Shown here one piece after another: positions 50,269-61,170 of a stretch of DNA of 64,000 nt. Positions within the stretch are counted from its first letter, which is position 1. Each line of letters starts with the position of its first letter. Both the position numbers and the translations under genes were made by a program. The notes under the pieces were generated by a model. That model searched no databases and was not told where the DNA came from. It saw only the letters and a program-made list of their open reading frames with translations. Source of the stretch: Macrostomum hystrix. Taxonomy: Eukaryota; Animalia; Platyhelminthes. The DNA lies in NCBI GenBank assembly GCA_950097015.1, contig CATNEN010000039.1, positions 10,478,001 to 10,542,000 of the forward strand, given 5' to 3'.

Positions 50269-53200
50269 GCAGTCTTCAGATCATCAATAACGGAGCTGTA
50301 CAAATCATCACAGCACACAATGGAATTATTGAAGCTATTCGGATTCACCCACAGCAGCAGCAGCAAGACGCTACAGGCTCTGATAGGGAACAATCTGAAG
50401 TTGATGCCTTCGCAGGTGTGGCAGCGATGAAAGACTATATTTGCCAGATGCTCTCTGAGAGACTGCTTGTAGGTGTGAACCAACTGGTGCGTGCTCAGCT
50501 GAAGCTTAATGTGCACATGCAGCGGTTGAAAGCAGGTGAGATGGTGGTTGAGGAGGATAAGTGGATTAGTGTTCCTATGAAACAGCTAGACTCAGTTGAT
50601 GAAATCGGCTCATGGTGGACTGACCAATTGAATGGCTGTGAGAGAGTCATTGAGCTGTTAAACACTAATGGCAGCGGCTGGGTGCTCGGCCGTGTCAATT
50701 ACGTTGACTTGTCTATAGCACATGGGGACAGAATTCGCTATTATGCTGGTCATGCCGATCAATTCGAGCTACCCCATGATCTATTAAGTGAAGCAGGCTG
50801 TAATTAATCCACCTAGCACTGGTGATGATTCCTTTGTTTATGCCTGCATTTCTGTCCTTCACCATGATGATAAAGAAATCAGAAAATCGCCTCATCGATT
50901 ATTATCCTACCAGAAATGGCTTCATGAAATCAATTTGGATGGTGTACAAAAGCCAGTTCAGATTAGTTATCTTGATCGAATCGAGTTTAATAATCCCTCG
51001 TTGTGCTTCTCTGTGTTGACTTGGAAGAATGGGACAGTTGAAGTGTTGAGACAGCCGAATGCAGAACTCACCGAAGGTAGAAAAGTAATTCCACTTCTGC
51101 TTCTGACAAAAAGTGATTTTAACACCGTCACCAACACTAGCACCAAAGGGCATTGGTGTGGGATTGTTAGCCTCAACCGTCTTCTCAATAGTCGTTACGG
51201 ACTGCATCAGCGAAAATGGTGCGAAAGATGTCTAACATCTTTTAAATCTGAAGAGCGCCTCCGCACACATCGTGATGAATGTTATCAGTCCAACAGCTAT
51301 ACGCAGAAAGAAGTGATGCCCACAAAAGAAAAATGTATGCTATCATTTACTAGTCATGAGAAGACTATTTCTCCTACATTTGTTGTATACGCTGACTTTG
51401 AGTCATTTAATGAGCCAGTGAACACTGAAGCTTCATCAGGACCGAGAAATGTTTACCATCACACACCTGCGGCTGCAGGTTGTCTAGTTGTTCAACGTGC
51501 AGGTGTAAAAGGACCACTTCTTGGTGATAGTGGATCGATTTATCAGGCTTTTACTGCTGACACTACTGAGAACTGTATTGAGAAGTTCCTCTTCTATCTA
51601 GAAAGACTGTCTCATGAAATTTATGAGTGGAACAAGAAACACAGTTACCAACCTAAAATTATCAATGAAGCTGCTTAAGATGAATTCGGAGAAGCTGAGA
51701 TTTGTCTCTACTGTGGTGTGAAGTTTGATGGTGAAACTTCTTTGAAGGTGTGGTATCATGACCATTCCTCAGGCGAGTTCCGCGGTGCTGCATGCTCAAA
51801 GTGCAACCTTTCTGCTCAGCTGAAGCGACGATACTTGCCTAGGTTCTGCTTCACAATCTTAAAAACTACGACATGCATCTAATTCTTTCTGCGGCATTGG
51901 GAAGAATGAAGCATTGGCGACTTAATGTGGTGCTAATGACCATAGAGAAGTATTTATCTCTTGCTGCTGAAGTAAAAGTTGATGCAGTAACAATTCAAGG
52001 AAAGAATGTGCCACTTTATGTGACGATTCAATTTTTGGATTCTTTCCTGTTTCTAAGCAGCAGCTTGGATTGCCTTGTCAGGGATTTGCCAGCAACCGAG
52101 CAAACCCACACAGGTCGCTTGAAAGAATTCTATCCGAATCTCAGCAACTTTACTCTCGAGGGCAAAGGCGTTTTTCCATACGAGTTCGTTAAAAGTGCTA
52201 CAGACTTAGAGTTGAGAGAGCTGCCACCTCGGGAAGCATTCTTCAACACCCTCTCAAAGACTGAGTGCTCCCCGACACAGTATGACCGAGCGAGAAGAGC
52301 TTGGGAAGAATTCGGAGCCGAAACTTTGAATGACTACATGCTCGCCAATCTTCAAATGGACGTCAGACAGCTTGCAGACGTATTTGAATCTTTTAGACGA
52401 CTAAGCATTCAGGACGATGGCCTTGATCCCGTCCATTTCATCTCTACTCCTGGATTGTCGTTTGCATCGGCCATGAAGAGCACCACAAGTAAGCTTGAAC
52501 TTTTGACTGACAACACTATGTACAGGATGTTTGATAGTGTTGGCGTGCGCGGCGGAATGTGCTTTGTTAATGTGCACCAAGTAGCAACAATCAAGTCAGA
52601 TGTTGAATCAGCTTTACTTATTCCGCTTGATGTTAATAATTTATATGGAGTCGCACTTTCTATGCCGCTACCCTGTAAGGATTTCCGATGGGTCGAGCCG
52701 GAAGTTCTCAGAACCTGGACTGAGGCTACCATTCTAAGTCAGCAGGACGATTCACCTGAAGCATTTCTGATTGAGGTTGATTTACATTACCCTCCAGAAC
52801 TTCATGAGCAAACTAGCGAACTACCTCTGGCACCTGAAAAGTGTTCAATCGAATTTGAAGAGTTCCCAGAATTCATGCAGCAGCTCTGGTACAGTCTCAA
52901 TCCAGACGGTCGAGTGTACAAGGGCAACAGAAAGCTGCTACTCGATTGCTATGACAAGCAGGGCTATATTGTGCTTAGCAGAATGTTGAAGTTCTATCTG
53001 GAACAGGGAATGAAAGTAGTTGAATTCAAACGAGCTATCCAGTTTTCACAAGAAAGCATCTTGGAACCCTACATTCGAAAAAATACTGAGCGAAGGATGG
53101 CATCGACGTCAGACTTTGAGAAATTCTACTACAAGCTCAAGATCAATTCAGTCTTTGGAAAGACCATGGAAAATGGCAGGAAAAGGAGAACAATCCGAAT

Positions 53201-53984
53201 TTAAAGTAACGAAGTAAAAGCGAAGATGCTTGCGTCAAAGCCAAATCTGAAGGAGGTAATCGTGATCAATGAAGATTTGACCATCTTTGAGTTGAGTAAA
53301 ACAACAGTGAAGCTGGATAGACCCATCTACATTAGTCAATGTGTTCTTGACCTATCTAAGCTTTACATGTACTCACTTACTGTACACCAAATTAAAACCA
53401 TGGTTTGAAAAAGAAAATGTGCGTCTGGAGCTCTGTGGCGGTGATACTGATTCATTTTTCCTATGTGTTAGGAACATCGATCTTCTGCGAGACTTCTTGC
53501 CTGCTCTGATTCAACGAGGCATTCTAGATACCTCCAACTATGTTGAAAACCACCCGTTGAAGTCTAACAATTTTAAAGCAAAGCCTGGTTGCATTAAGGA
53601 CGAATCCTGCGGGATTGAATTCGTGAGTGGATTCTTCTCCGACCAAAGCTCTACAGGTTCCAAAGCACTGTTACTAACGCGAGTAAAAAGGCTGCGAAAG
53701 GAGTTCAGAAAGCAGTGCTCAAGAAAGAAATTAGCCATGCGGATTACGTCGCTGCATTTGACTCACTCAAAACTCATGATGTTGTCACTCATCGTATCGG
53801 TAGTCATCATCACGAGATTTATACTATTCAGCAGCGCCAGCGAGCTTTGACAACGTGGGAAGATAAGCGAGCTTGGATTAGTTCCAACGAAAGTCTTCCG
53901 TTCGGCCACTATCGTCTTCGGCATGATGTTGCTGCTGATGCTGCTGCTGCTGCTGCTGCTGCTGATCCTGTCGCGAAAACGTGA
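50269..53984 (+). pseudogene. polB: protein-primed family B DNA polymerase with EndoVII/HNH-like insertion; at least 6 stops/frameshifts
   Basis: GSGW, AVINP, CERCL..F...H..C, VVYADFES (ExoI), HDH.SGEFRGAAC..CN, HNLKNYD, KGVFPYEF, DVNNLYG (A), KLKINSVFGKTMEN (B), GDTDS (C), KDE, EDKR. Confidence 0.95.
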
Positions 53985-54868
53985 GTTCTTTATTAACCAA
54001 TCCAGTTCTCTGTACACCATTGTGGTAATCTATTTTCTTACCCCTGTTATCTGCCCGCTCCGCCCTTCTCTATCTATTATCGATTGTGTCGCTGTCCCTT
54101 TCCGCTAACCCCCCTCCAGTCTGGCGTCTACCCCCCATTGTTCACTCACCCCAGGGTTTTCATACCCTCTTTTGTCTCTCCTCGCTGTCGACCCCCTTTC
54201 TGTCCTAGCATATCAAGAGTTATAATATCGTCTGGTGTATCGGTTCAAAGTCCCCCCTTCATTCTCATATCTCTTTTGTAGCGAAGGTTTCAACGAAAAT
54301 CAATTTAATACAGAGCGGTCAAGGAAGAGGAGACGTGCCCCAGCTTTCGCAGAACAAAATCTGAACTCACAAATTTCTTAACTATAGAAATCTTGCGACA
54401 AGAATCGTTAGTTTAGTGACAGACCGATCTAAATATTGCCTTATTGTTTTAATCTCATTGAATCATTTTTTCAGCTACTGACTTTATTTACATTGAAAAT
54501 ATTATTTGTTGTTAACCACTTTTAAGCTGTTGCTTTCTTATGCGTTTTAATAACATAACGTCTTATATCAAATTTCTTTAAATTGTTTTCCAAGTTATAT
54601 TTCAGCTATATTTGCTGTCAGACCCTAAATGCGCATTGATATTTCCGATTTGATTTTGTATTGCTTTGTTTTCATGGTGGTGGTGCCCTGTTCTCTGTTT
54701 TTTTGCCTTTGTTTTATGCGTACGTCAAATTTTTTTTCTAAAATCATTTTGTTTTATGCGTACGTCAACTTTTTATGTCAGTAAAAATAAAAAATAAAAA
54801 CATGATTTGTCTTCATATCCGTAGCATCAATCGCAGACATAAACGTGATAGGCTTGTGTGTGTGTGTT

Positions 54869-55443
54869 TTATTCTGCATTCGAGATCAAATTTTGTAGGT
54901 GCACAAAGTCAGATTGTAGTTGAAATAAAGAACGAGCTCCACTTAGAACAAAGGAGCCATTGTGAAACAATAGACATTTGCAAAAGTTAAGTTTGAAAAC
55001 TAGTGCGGAAAATGATTCAGATTGATAAAATGCCTTTGGGATTCTCAAAGACAAGTCTGACAAATACAGAGCAGAACAAACAGATAGCTGTCCATGCGCA
55101 GTAATTGTTTTAATTCGAACACAAACGGGTTGATAAGGCAGCAGCTGAGCAGGCACTCTGCGATGCAGCATAGCCACGAAGCGATGGGCAGCCCTGACTG
55201 AGTCCGAGTAGCTCCGGGCGCCACAGATGCTCAGTTGGCCAGTGGGGTAGAGTAGCAGTGTCACTCTCGGATTCCGGATCCCCTCTTGATGAGCACTCGG
55301 TGCCAGACGGGTCGGTAGATGACATGAGCCATGCTGAGAGTGAGTTCCCGAAGTGGAAGCTGGGCGTCCCTGCCACCGGCCAGTCTCAGATCCACTCCTG
55401 CGACCAGATTGGTAACTCTCGGGGCTGTTGCTTGAGTAGTCAT
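54869..55443 (-). pseudogene. TATA-binding protein (TBP) homologue, ~190 aa, one frameshift in a G-run near 55280
   Basis: PRVTNLVAGVDL...LRELTLSMAHVIYRP...VLIKR / IRNPRVTLLLYPTGQLSICGARS...AAHRFVAML...YQSESFSALVFKL...CLLFHNGSFVLSGARS follows both TBP core repeats. Confidence 0.85.
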
Positions 55444-55544
55444 TTCTAATGCGTCGGCTGTTTGTGAAGTTGCCCGTGCTTCTAGTGCAGGAGGAGCAGT
55501 TTGAAATTGTCATGTGCCACGGGCACTGCTCGCTTCTTAAGCTG

Positions 55545-55972
55545 ATACAAAATGTTGGCTTCAGCCAGCTGTAATACAAAAGCGCGTTTCTCACGGCGCA
55601 GCCGGTATCTGATGTTTTGCTAGATGGCGATCCCAGATCCTCCAGGTTGTACACCTGCCTGCCCAACAGCTGGGTCAGAAATACACACTTATTCTCCCTA
55701 CATGTCCAGGTGGGCTTGCATGCAATTCTTCGGATGTCAGCAGCCAACTCCGTGTAAGGTCGGGTTCCATCGGTCCACTTTAGCCTATGCCGCTTCTGTG
55801 TGAGCTGTCTGTATCGAATTCGCATTCCAGGGGAAACCCTCTCCCAGGAACATGGGGACGCATACACATGGTGGGTGATGAGTTAGCTTCCTGACCTATC
55901 TTATACAACTGCCATCTCCTTCACAATGAAATCACTGTTACATGGAAAGCCTTGGATGTCGATGTAGTACAT
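55545..55972 (-). pseudogene. hypothetical DEDD/DnaQ-exonuclease-like protein, two in-frame stops
   Basis: MYYIDIQGF...FIVKEMAVV...HRLKWTDG..PY...K..FL...VYNLEDLG.P...CAVRNA pattern; fold call is inference. Confidence 0.5.
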
Positions 55973-55981
55973 TTTCAGTCG

Positions 55982-56699
55982 TTAATCGAATTCTTGGCCA
56001 TTAGAATCAGCCCGCTGCTTTCTTATATACTTTTTTTGCTCACCTAGCTTCAGCCAGGCTGTCTTGCACCCAAATCCCTTAACTGCATGTTGTTCTTTTC
56101 CAACTTCAACCTCTTCACTGGTAGCTGGCAGAGACATTTGCTGTCTGAGGGATTTTCCTATAGCTGAAACTGGGACATTAGAACTCTTTTGTCCCAGCAA
56201 GCAAACGAAATCATCCCACCCGGCTGGTTTATTTCGCATTTCAGAATCCCTCACCGCATGCTGAATCAAGTCGACGATGTTCGATGAGGAAATTAACTTG
56301 CCGGAAATTTCCGTCTCCCCACTGTCACCCACCCGAATCAGAGACGGATTGGCTGATAGGATGGCCCATAGACTGCGAGCGCTGGTTTTGAATTTCTGGG
56401 GCACGGACTGGGCAATCTTTTCTGCCCAGCTGCTCGGCAGCATCTCTGCTTTCTGTTTCTGTGCCGCTTCACTCTCTCCTGCTACACTCTCCTTTCCAAC
56501 TTGCTTGCGCTTGGACAACAAACTTTTCATAGCGTTCTGGTACATTGTCTGGCCAATCGTCGGCATACAATATATCATCACATTTTATTTGTGCCTGCTT
56601 TACCGCAATGTCTCCTGCAGACTCATTGAGCTTCACATTACTCATTAGCATGTCATACTCAGACTTGGGAATCAGAACCATCTCGGGGAACTTGTTCAT
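55982..56699 (-). pseudogene. conserved Maverick hypothetical protein (frameshifted)
   Basis: MVLIP N-terminus; GE..I.G..I..SNIVDLI...P.GW..F...L...NVP...IG motif typical of animal Mavericks. Confidence 0.65.
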
Positions 56700-57006
56700 T
56701 TTCCTTCTTTCTTCTATGCACAAGCTTCAGCAGAGTGGGGAGAATTTTAAGGAAATTATGATTTAGCAAGTCAGCTTCTTTTCTTTGAGCTGGGATTTTT
56801 CGAATAATCTGCTTGGACTTTGCCAGCTCAGCCTTTTCAATAAGAGAGAAAGTCAGGTTGTTTTCCAATAGGTTGTAACAGGCTTCAACAAGGAATTTTC
56901 GCACTTCTTTCGGACCGTGCTTGATTAGCAAGCGCTTGAAGCTGACAGTGTATTTCGCTGATGCAAGAATTGCAAAGATGCTTTCATGAAAACAAAGCGT
57001 GTCCAT
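56659..57006 (-). CDS. conserved small Maverick hypothetical protein
   Basis: E.CYNLL.NN..S..EK..L.K.K..IRKI pattern; sits directly after the ATPase. Confidence 0.55.
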   Translation of the reverse strand: MDTLCFHESIFAILASAKYTVSFKRLLIKHGPKEVRKFLVEACYNLLENNLTFSLIEKAELAKSKQIIRKIPAQRKEADLLNHNFLKILPTLLKLVHRRKKENEQVPRDGSDSQV

Positions 57007-57045
57007 TGTGGAGTATAGATATGGAAAACAGCGTATTTGCCATTC

Positions 57046-58047
57046 TTAGGTATAAACTAGGTGGGGGCGCTGGTTGGGCAGGATCCGGGCTCGCACTCGC
57101 AGCTCATCGGGAGTGGATGGGTGGAAATCCAGAAGCAGGTAAGCTCCCCTACCTTTAGCGGTCACATGCTAAAACACAGACAGCAGAAAGCCGGGCTTCT
57201 CTACAAAGCACTGCCTGCCCAGTGCTGCAATCTGCAGCTGGTCTCTGGGGTTTTTCATGATGACAAAGTACATCGCATTCAGACTAATCGTTCGCAACTC
57301 TTTTCCTTTAAAAAATACACTCTGGGTCAGCATTACCAGAAAGCAGGGTAAGTGATGAGCGATTCCGGTGAAAACATTTCGCATCGCAGCAGAGTTAGAA
57401 GTCTCTTCAATCAAATCATCAAAAACAATCAGGTCATTGGGTCTTAGAGCCGCCTCAATGTTGCTGGGGAATCCCTGCTGCATGTGCACTCCCAGGCTGC
57501 TCAGCTCAGAGTGCACTGTCTGCGAAACCCCATAGTACCACAGGACTCTCTCAGGCTTCGTATCAAACATTTTCGCACTTCGCTTCTACAGATTGGCTAA
57601 AGCCGACTATGGAAACCAGTGCGAATAGAACCTGCTATGATGCCCGCCTGCGGCAGGGAAGCTGCATGAATTGCATGCAAGCCCACCTGGACATGTAGGG
57701 AGAATAAGTGTGTACTTCTGTCCCAGCTGTTGGGCAGGCAGGTGTACAACCTGGAGGATCTGGGATCGCCATCTAGGGAAGTTGGAAAAGAACAACATGC
57801 AGTTAAGGGATTTGGGTGCAAGACAGCCTGGCTGAAGCTAGGTGAGCAAAAAAAGTATATAAGAAAGCAGCGGGCTGATTCTAATGGCCAAGAATTCGAT
57901 TAACGACTGAAAATGTACTACATCCCTGTACTGAATTAGCTGCTTCACGAAGGTTGTCTTGCCAGCATTGGTTGGCCCGCTGACAATCATGCAGCTTCCC
58001 TGCCGCAGGCGGGCATCATAGCAGGTTCTATTCGCACTGGTTTCCAT
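57046..58047 (-). pseudogene. A32/FtsK-like genome-packaging ATPase, interrupted by ~350-bp insertion (57571-57924) and a stop
   Basis: Walker A GPTNAGKT; Walker B LIVFDDL; HH...LTQ; RTISLN..Y; KNPRD..QI..L.RQ; YLLLDFHP. Confidence 0.92.
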
Positions 58048-58079
58048 AGTCGGCTTTAGCCAATCTGTAGAGCTGACTT

Positions 58080-58595
58080 TCATAACTTTCTTTTTCTTAG
58101 GCTGGCTTCGAACTGCCGAAGCATTCTGTCATTCAGGTGGCTCTTTTCCTTTGAATGCAGTTGTCGCAGAACCCACTTAAATGACCGTTCGAATTGAAAC
58201 TTCTGATAAGTAAAATAAAGACAGAAGAGGCCGCATTTGACGGAGTCACAGCTTTGAATTCGATCCACATTGCTGCTCAAACGAAGCGGGGAACCTAAGG
58301 CTACTTTCAGTAAACCATGAATAATCATTCAAGTTTTCGAGTCCCAGCCAAGGGAATTGAAAAGCTCCACAGAATTCCCGCAAGTGACGTCGCAAACCAC
58401 CCAGTGGCCTGACAAGGAGCTGTGATGCAACAAAATGAAAATTAATTTGCTCTTATATGTTTTCTCATTCAGGTAACTCCACAATTGTAATTCTAATTCA
58501 GCATTATTGGAACTATTCAAATTTAGAGACACTATAAAAACGTTTCTAGGGGGCAAAAAGCTTCTGGCAAGTTTAAACACCTGAAAAGTGTTCAT
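58080..58595 (-). pseudogene. adenain-like cysteine maturation protease, one in-frame stop (58329-58331)
   Basis: GHWV...ELFNSLG...IQ...SVKCGLFCLYF. Confidence 0.88.
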
Positions 58596-58597
58596 AA

Positions 58598-59882
58598 TTA
58601 TGATGAAAAATCTAGCAAAATTTCCCTATGCTTGGTGACTTCAATCAGAGAGTCATACAGGCACATGGCAATCAGAGTCACGGCCTCGTCAAGCGCCTGT
58701 CGGAACCGAATCTCCAGCCGCAGTTTTCCCTCTTTCTGTCCGTACCACAGGGCTGCTCCCTCGGGTGTGAGGTCGAACGCTAACACGGTGTTGTCGTTGG
58801 AGAAGACCTGATAGGGGATCCAAGGGACCGAGTTGGTGGGGCTGGCAGACTGGAAACTTTTCAGGTAGTGCAAGTACTCTCGCACAAATGAGTTGTTTTC
58901 GGGTGTGAATGCACCGTGGCACATGGTTTCCCCGCCTTTCTTTAAAGCTAGCTGGCTGAGGTTGAAGCTCTGGAACTCGAAGGGGCTGGTGTGATGATTC
59001 CCGTTGAAGGCTCAGTGGCTCACGAAAGCCAGCATGATGAACTTAGGGAGTTTTCAGTGGGTAAAGCCTTCAATGTTCCTCGACTGGATTCCCTGGGGCA
59101 GAATAAAGTTCTGCATTTCGGCTCGCTCCATAGGATAGAGCGCATTCTGGTTGGTCAGTCCCTGCTCATGGGCTAGGCTGATGTGAGAAGCCACCTTGAC
59201 TCGGCGGAGATGCAGGATGCAGTGGGAGATTTCCATGCGGTAGGCTGTGTTGTTTGTGACCGGGGTTCTGATGGCAAATGCAGCGTCGCTGCGCACCAAC
59301 TTAATGTGCAGGTGCAGGTTGTTCAGCAGGAACATGGGGCACTGGAAGATGTCGCTGAGCAACGGTCCGGCATACTCCACCCAGCGGGACTGCCTGTGGC
59401 TCTCCATGTGCGCCTCTGCAGCGGAGTCAGATTGCAGGAATCCAGCGGGGTAGAACTTCAGCTGCTGGGCGTCTGAGGAGCTCATGAGAGCTTTGAAATA
59501 GGCATGATAGGGATAGAGTTGGTCTCCCCCGGACACAACTCGCTGGTTAATGCTCACAATGACATCAGAGAAGAGCGTAGACAGGACGAAGTTTTCAGGG
59601 TGCACATCACTGTCTCGGCGCTCTGTCAGCTCTCCTTCAGCGTTCAGAACATTCTCCCTCAGCAAGCACCCATCCAGTCGGACTAGGCGGCAGCGAATGT
59701 ACAGTAAAGAATTCAATAGATCGGTGTATTCGTCAGCTGATGGGTGGCAATCGAATTCGATGGGTGCATTTGCAGCAATTGAGTTTCACGGGGTGAATAT
59801 CGACATAGGAGGATTTGTCAATGGCAGTCTGCAGCGCAGGAGCCTTGAACAAATCGAGCCTTGGGTTGAATCCATAAGCCAT
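58598..59882 (-). pseudogene. double-jelly-roll major capsid protein (hexon-like), frameshifted
   Basis: LDLF.AP.LQTAI...V.IHP...PIEF...Y.DL.NS.LY; LFSDV.V.IN; YPYHAY; C-terminal LAFDLTP...G.LRLEIRF..AL...VT.I....D..IEV...R. Confidence 0.92.
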
Positions 59883-59884
59883 GT

Positions 59885-60075
59885 CTACGACAAAGAGTCC
59901 AGCACGCGCTTCACCGTTTTCCTGCCGACTTTTCGCTTCCTCTTGCTTACCGTTTTGCCCTTTGCTTTGCTCTCTCCTTTCTTAGGTTTCTTTCTACCTG
60001 CATTGTTCCGTTTCCTTGATTTTTCCCCTTCTTGCCATTTTGGCGAGGTGTCTTCTGTATTCTCTTTTTCCTAGA
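59885..60075 (-). pseudogene. basic C-terminal remnant of putative core/DNA-condensing protein
   Basis: QEGEKSRKRNNAGRKKPKKGESKAKGKTVSKRKRKVGRKTVKRVLDSLS* between penton and hexon; N-terminus apparently lost. Confidence 0.45.
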
Positions 60076-60116
60076 AGCTTTAGCATATTAGTACTGCCGG
60101 ATCAGCTGCTGATAGT

Positions 60117-60904
60117 TCATCGAATAAGTTTCTCCCGGATCTGGATCGTGAGCAAAACAGGACTGCAGCTCTGAGCAGTCAGATGGTGACCAAATGTATC
60201 CCGCAGTTGAATTCGAATGCTGTGTAGAAAATTTGCTTTCTGGATTGGGAAGAACAAAGTTTTCTTAAACAGTTTGCTAAAGTAGCAGCCCCATTCAGCA
60301 TTAGAACCGATGTTCACAGTTCGCAGCAGGGAGTCCCAGTTGCAGCTTGTTCACTCAACAAGGCTGCAGTGCACATTGACCAGGTTGGTGGGCGGACAGC
60401 CGATGCAACAGCTTGACACGTGGCGCCCAGGTGGGATTTTGATTGACTGGTTTCCAAATCCCAACCACTGCAGGATTTTGCTTGGAGGAAGATACAACTC
60501 TGCTCGTGCGGTATTGTTGTGCATCACTGTTCGTTGATTCTGAATTTCAAACTTTATCCCAAAATCTTTATTGCTGCGAGCCATCAGGCCCGATTCATCA
60601 GCCTCCATCTCAGACTCTCTATCGCTCATGGCATCAAAGAACAGTGACTCAGAGTTGACTAGCAGCTCATTCAACCGCTCCACCAGCGTCCGGGTTGAAG
60701 AACCAGGGCCTCATGCTCTCTTCCATCTAAGACTGTGAAGCAGCAGGGCTCGTCAACTTTGAGCCATGCAGCAGGCAGATGGATTTCAGCCAGACCTGCC
60801 TCATAGTCCACATTTCGATCCAAGTATATAGGTGCAGTCAGGCGAAAATTAAAGTCACTAGAAGAACCTTCTGCATGCTCACTGTTTATTATGATGCTGC
60901 TCAT
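60117..60904 (-). pseudogene. minor capsid protein (penton-like), frameshifted
   Basis: S.DF..RL..PI.L...YEAGLAEI.LP..W; VHCSLVE; LLRTV; FFPI...SIRIQLRD..G...V..TI.IR. Confidence 0.85.
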
Positions 60905-60946
60905 TCCTCAAAATCAAAATATTCAAATATCGAATAACTTAGATGT

Positions 60947-61170
60947 CTATACCTTTCTTAAGTCCTTCTCATCCACCCAGCCAGTCGAGTTGTAGTCGGC
61001 CCACTTTACGAGATAGCGAATCTTTCCCTTCCGCTTCTCAGTCTTTAGAATCTTTTCAATCACATACACCCGCAGGGAGTCCGGAACAGCTTAGAGTTCA
61101 TGCTCATAAAAGAGTCATTGAATGTCTTCCCCCCTCATGTCGCGAATCTTGTACATGTAGGGATAATGCT
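60947..61170 (-). pseudogene. Maverick integrase C-terminus with chromodomain; catalytic core absent
   Basis: YKIRDMRGEDIQ*LFYEHEL*...YVIEKILK...RYLVKWADY..GWV.EKDL. Confidence 0.85.

Noticed and set aside
54869-55867. Single 332-aa protein as given in the ORF track
   Set aside because: Chance read-through joining a DEDD-like gene to the frameshifted TBP C-terminal half
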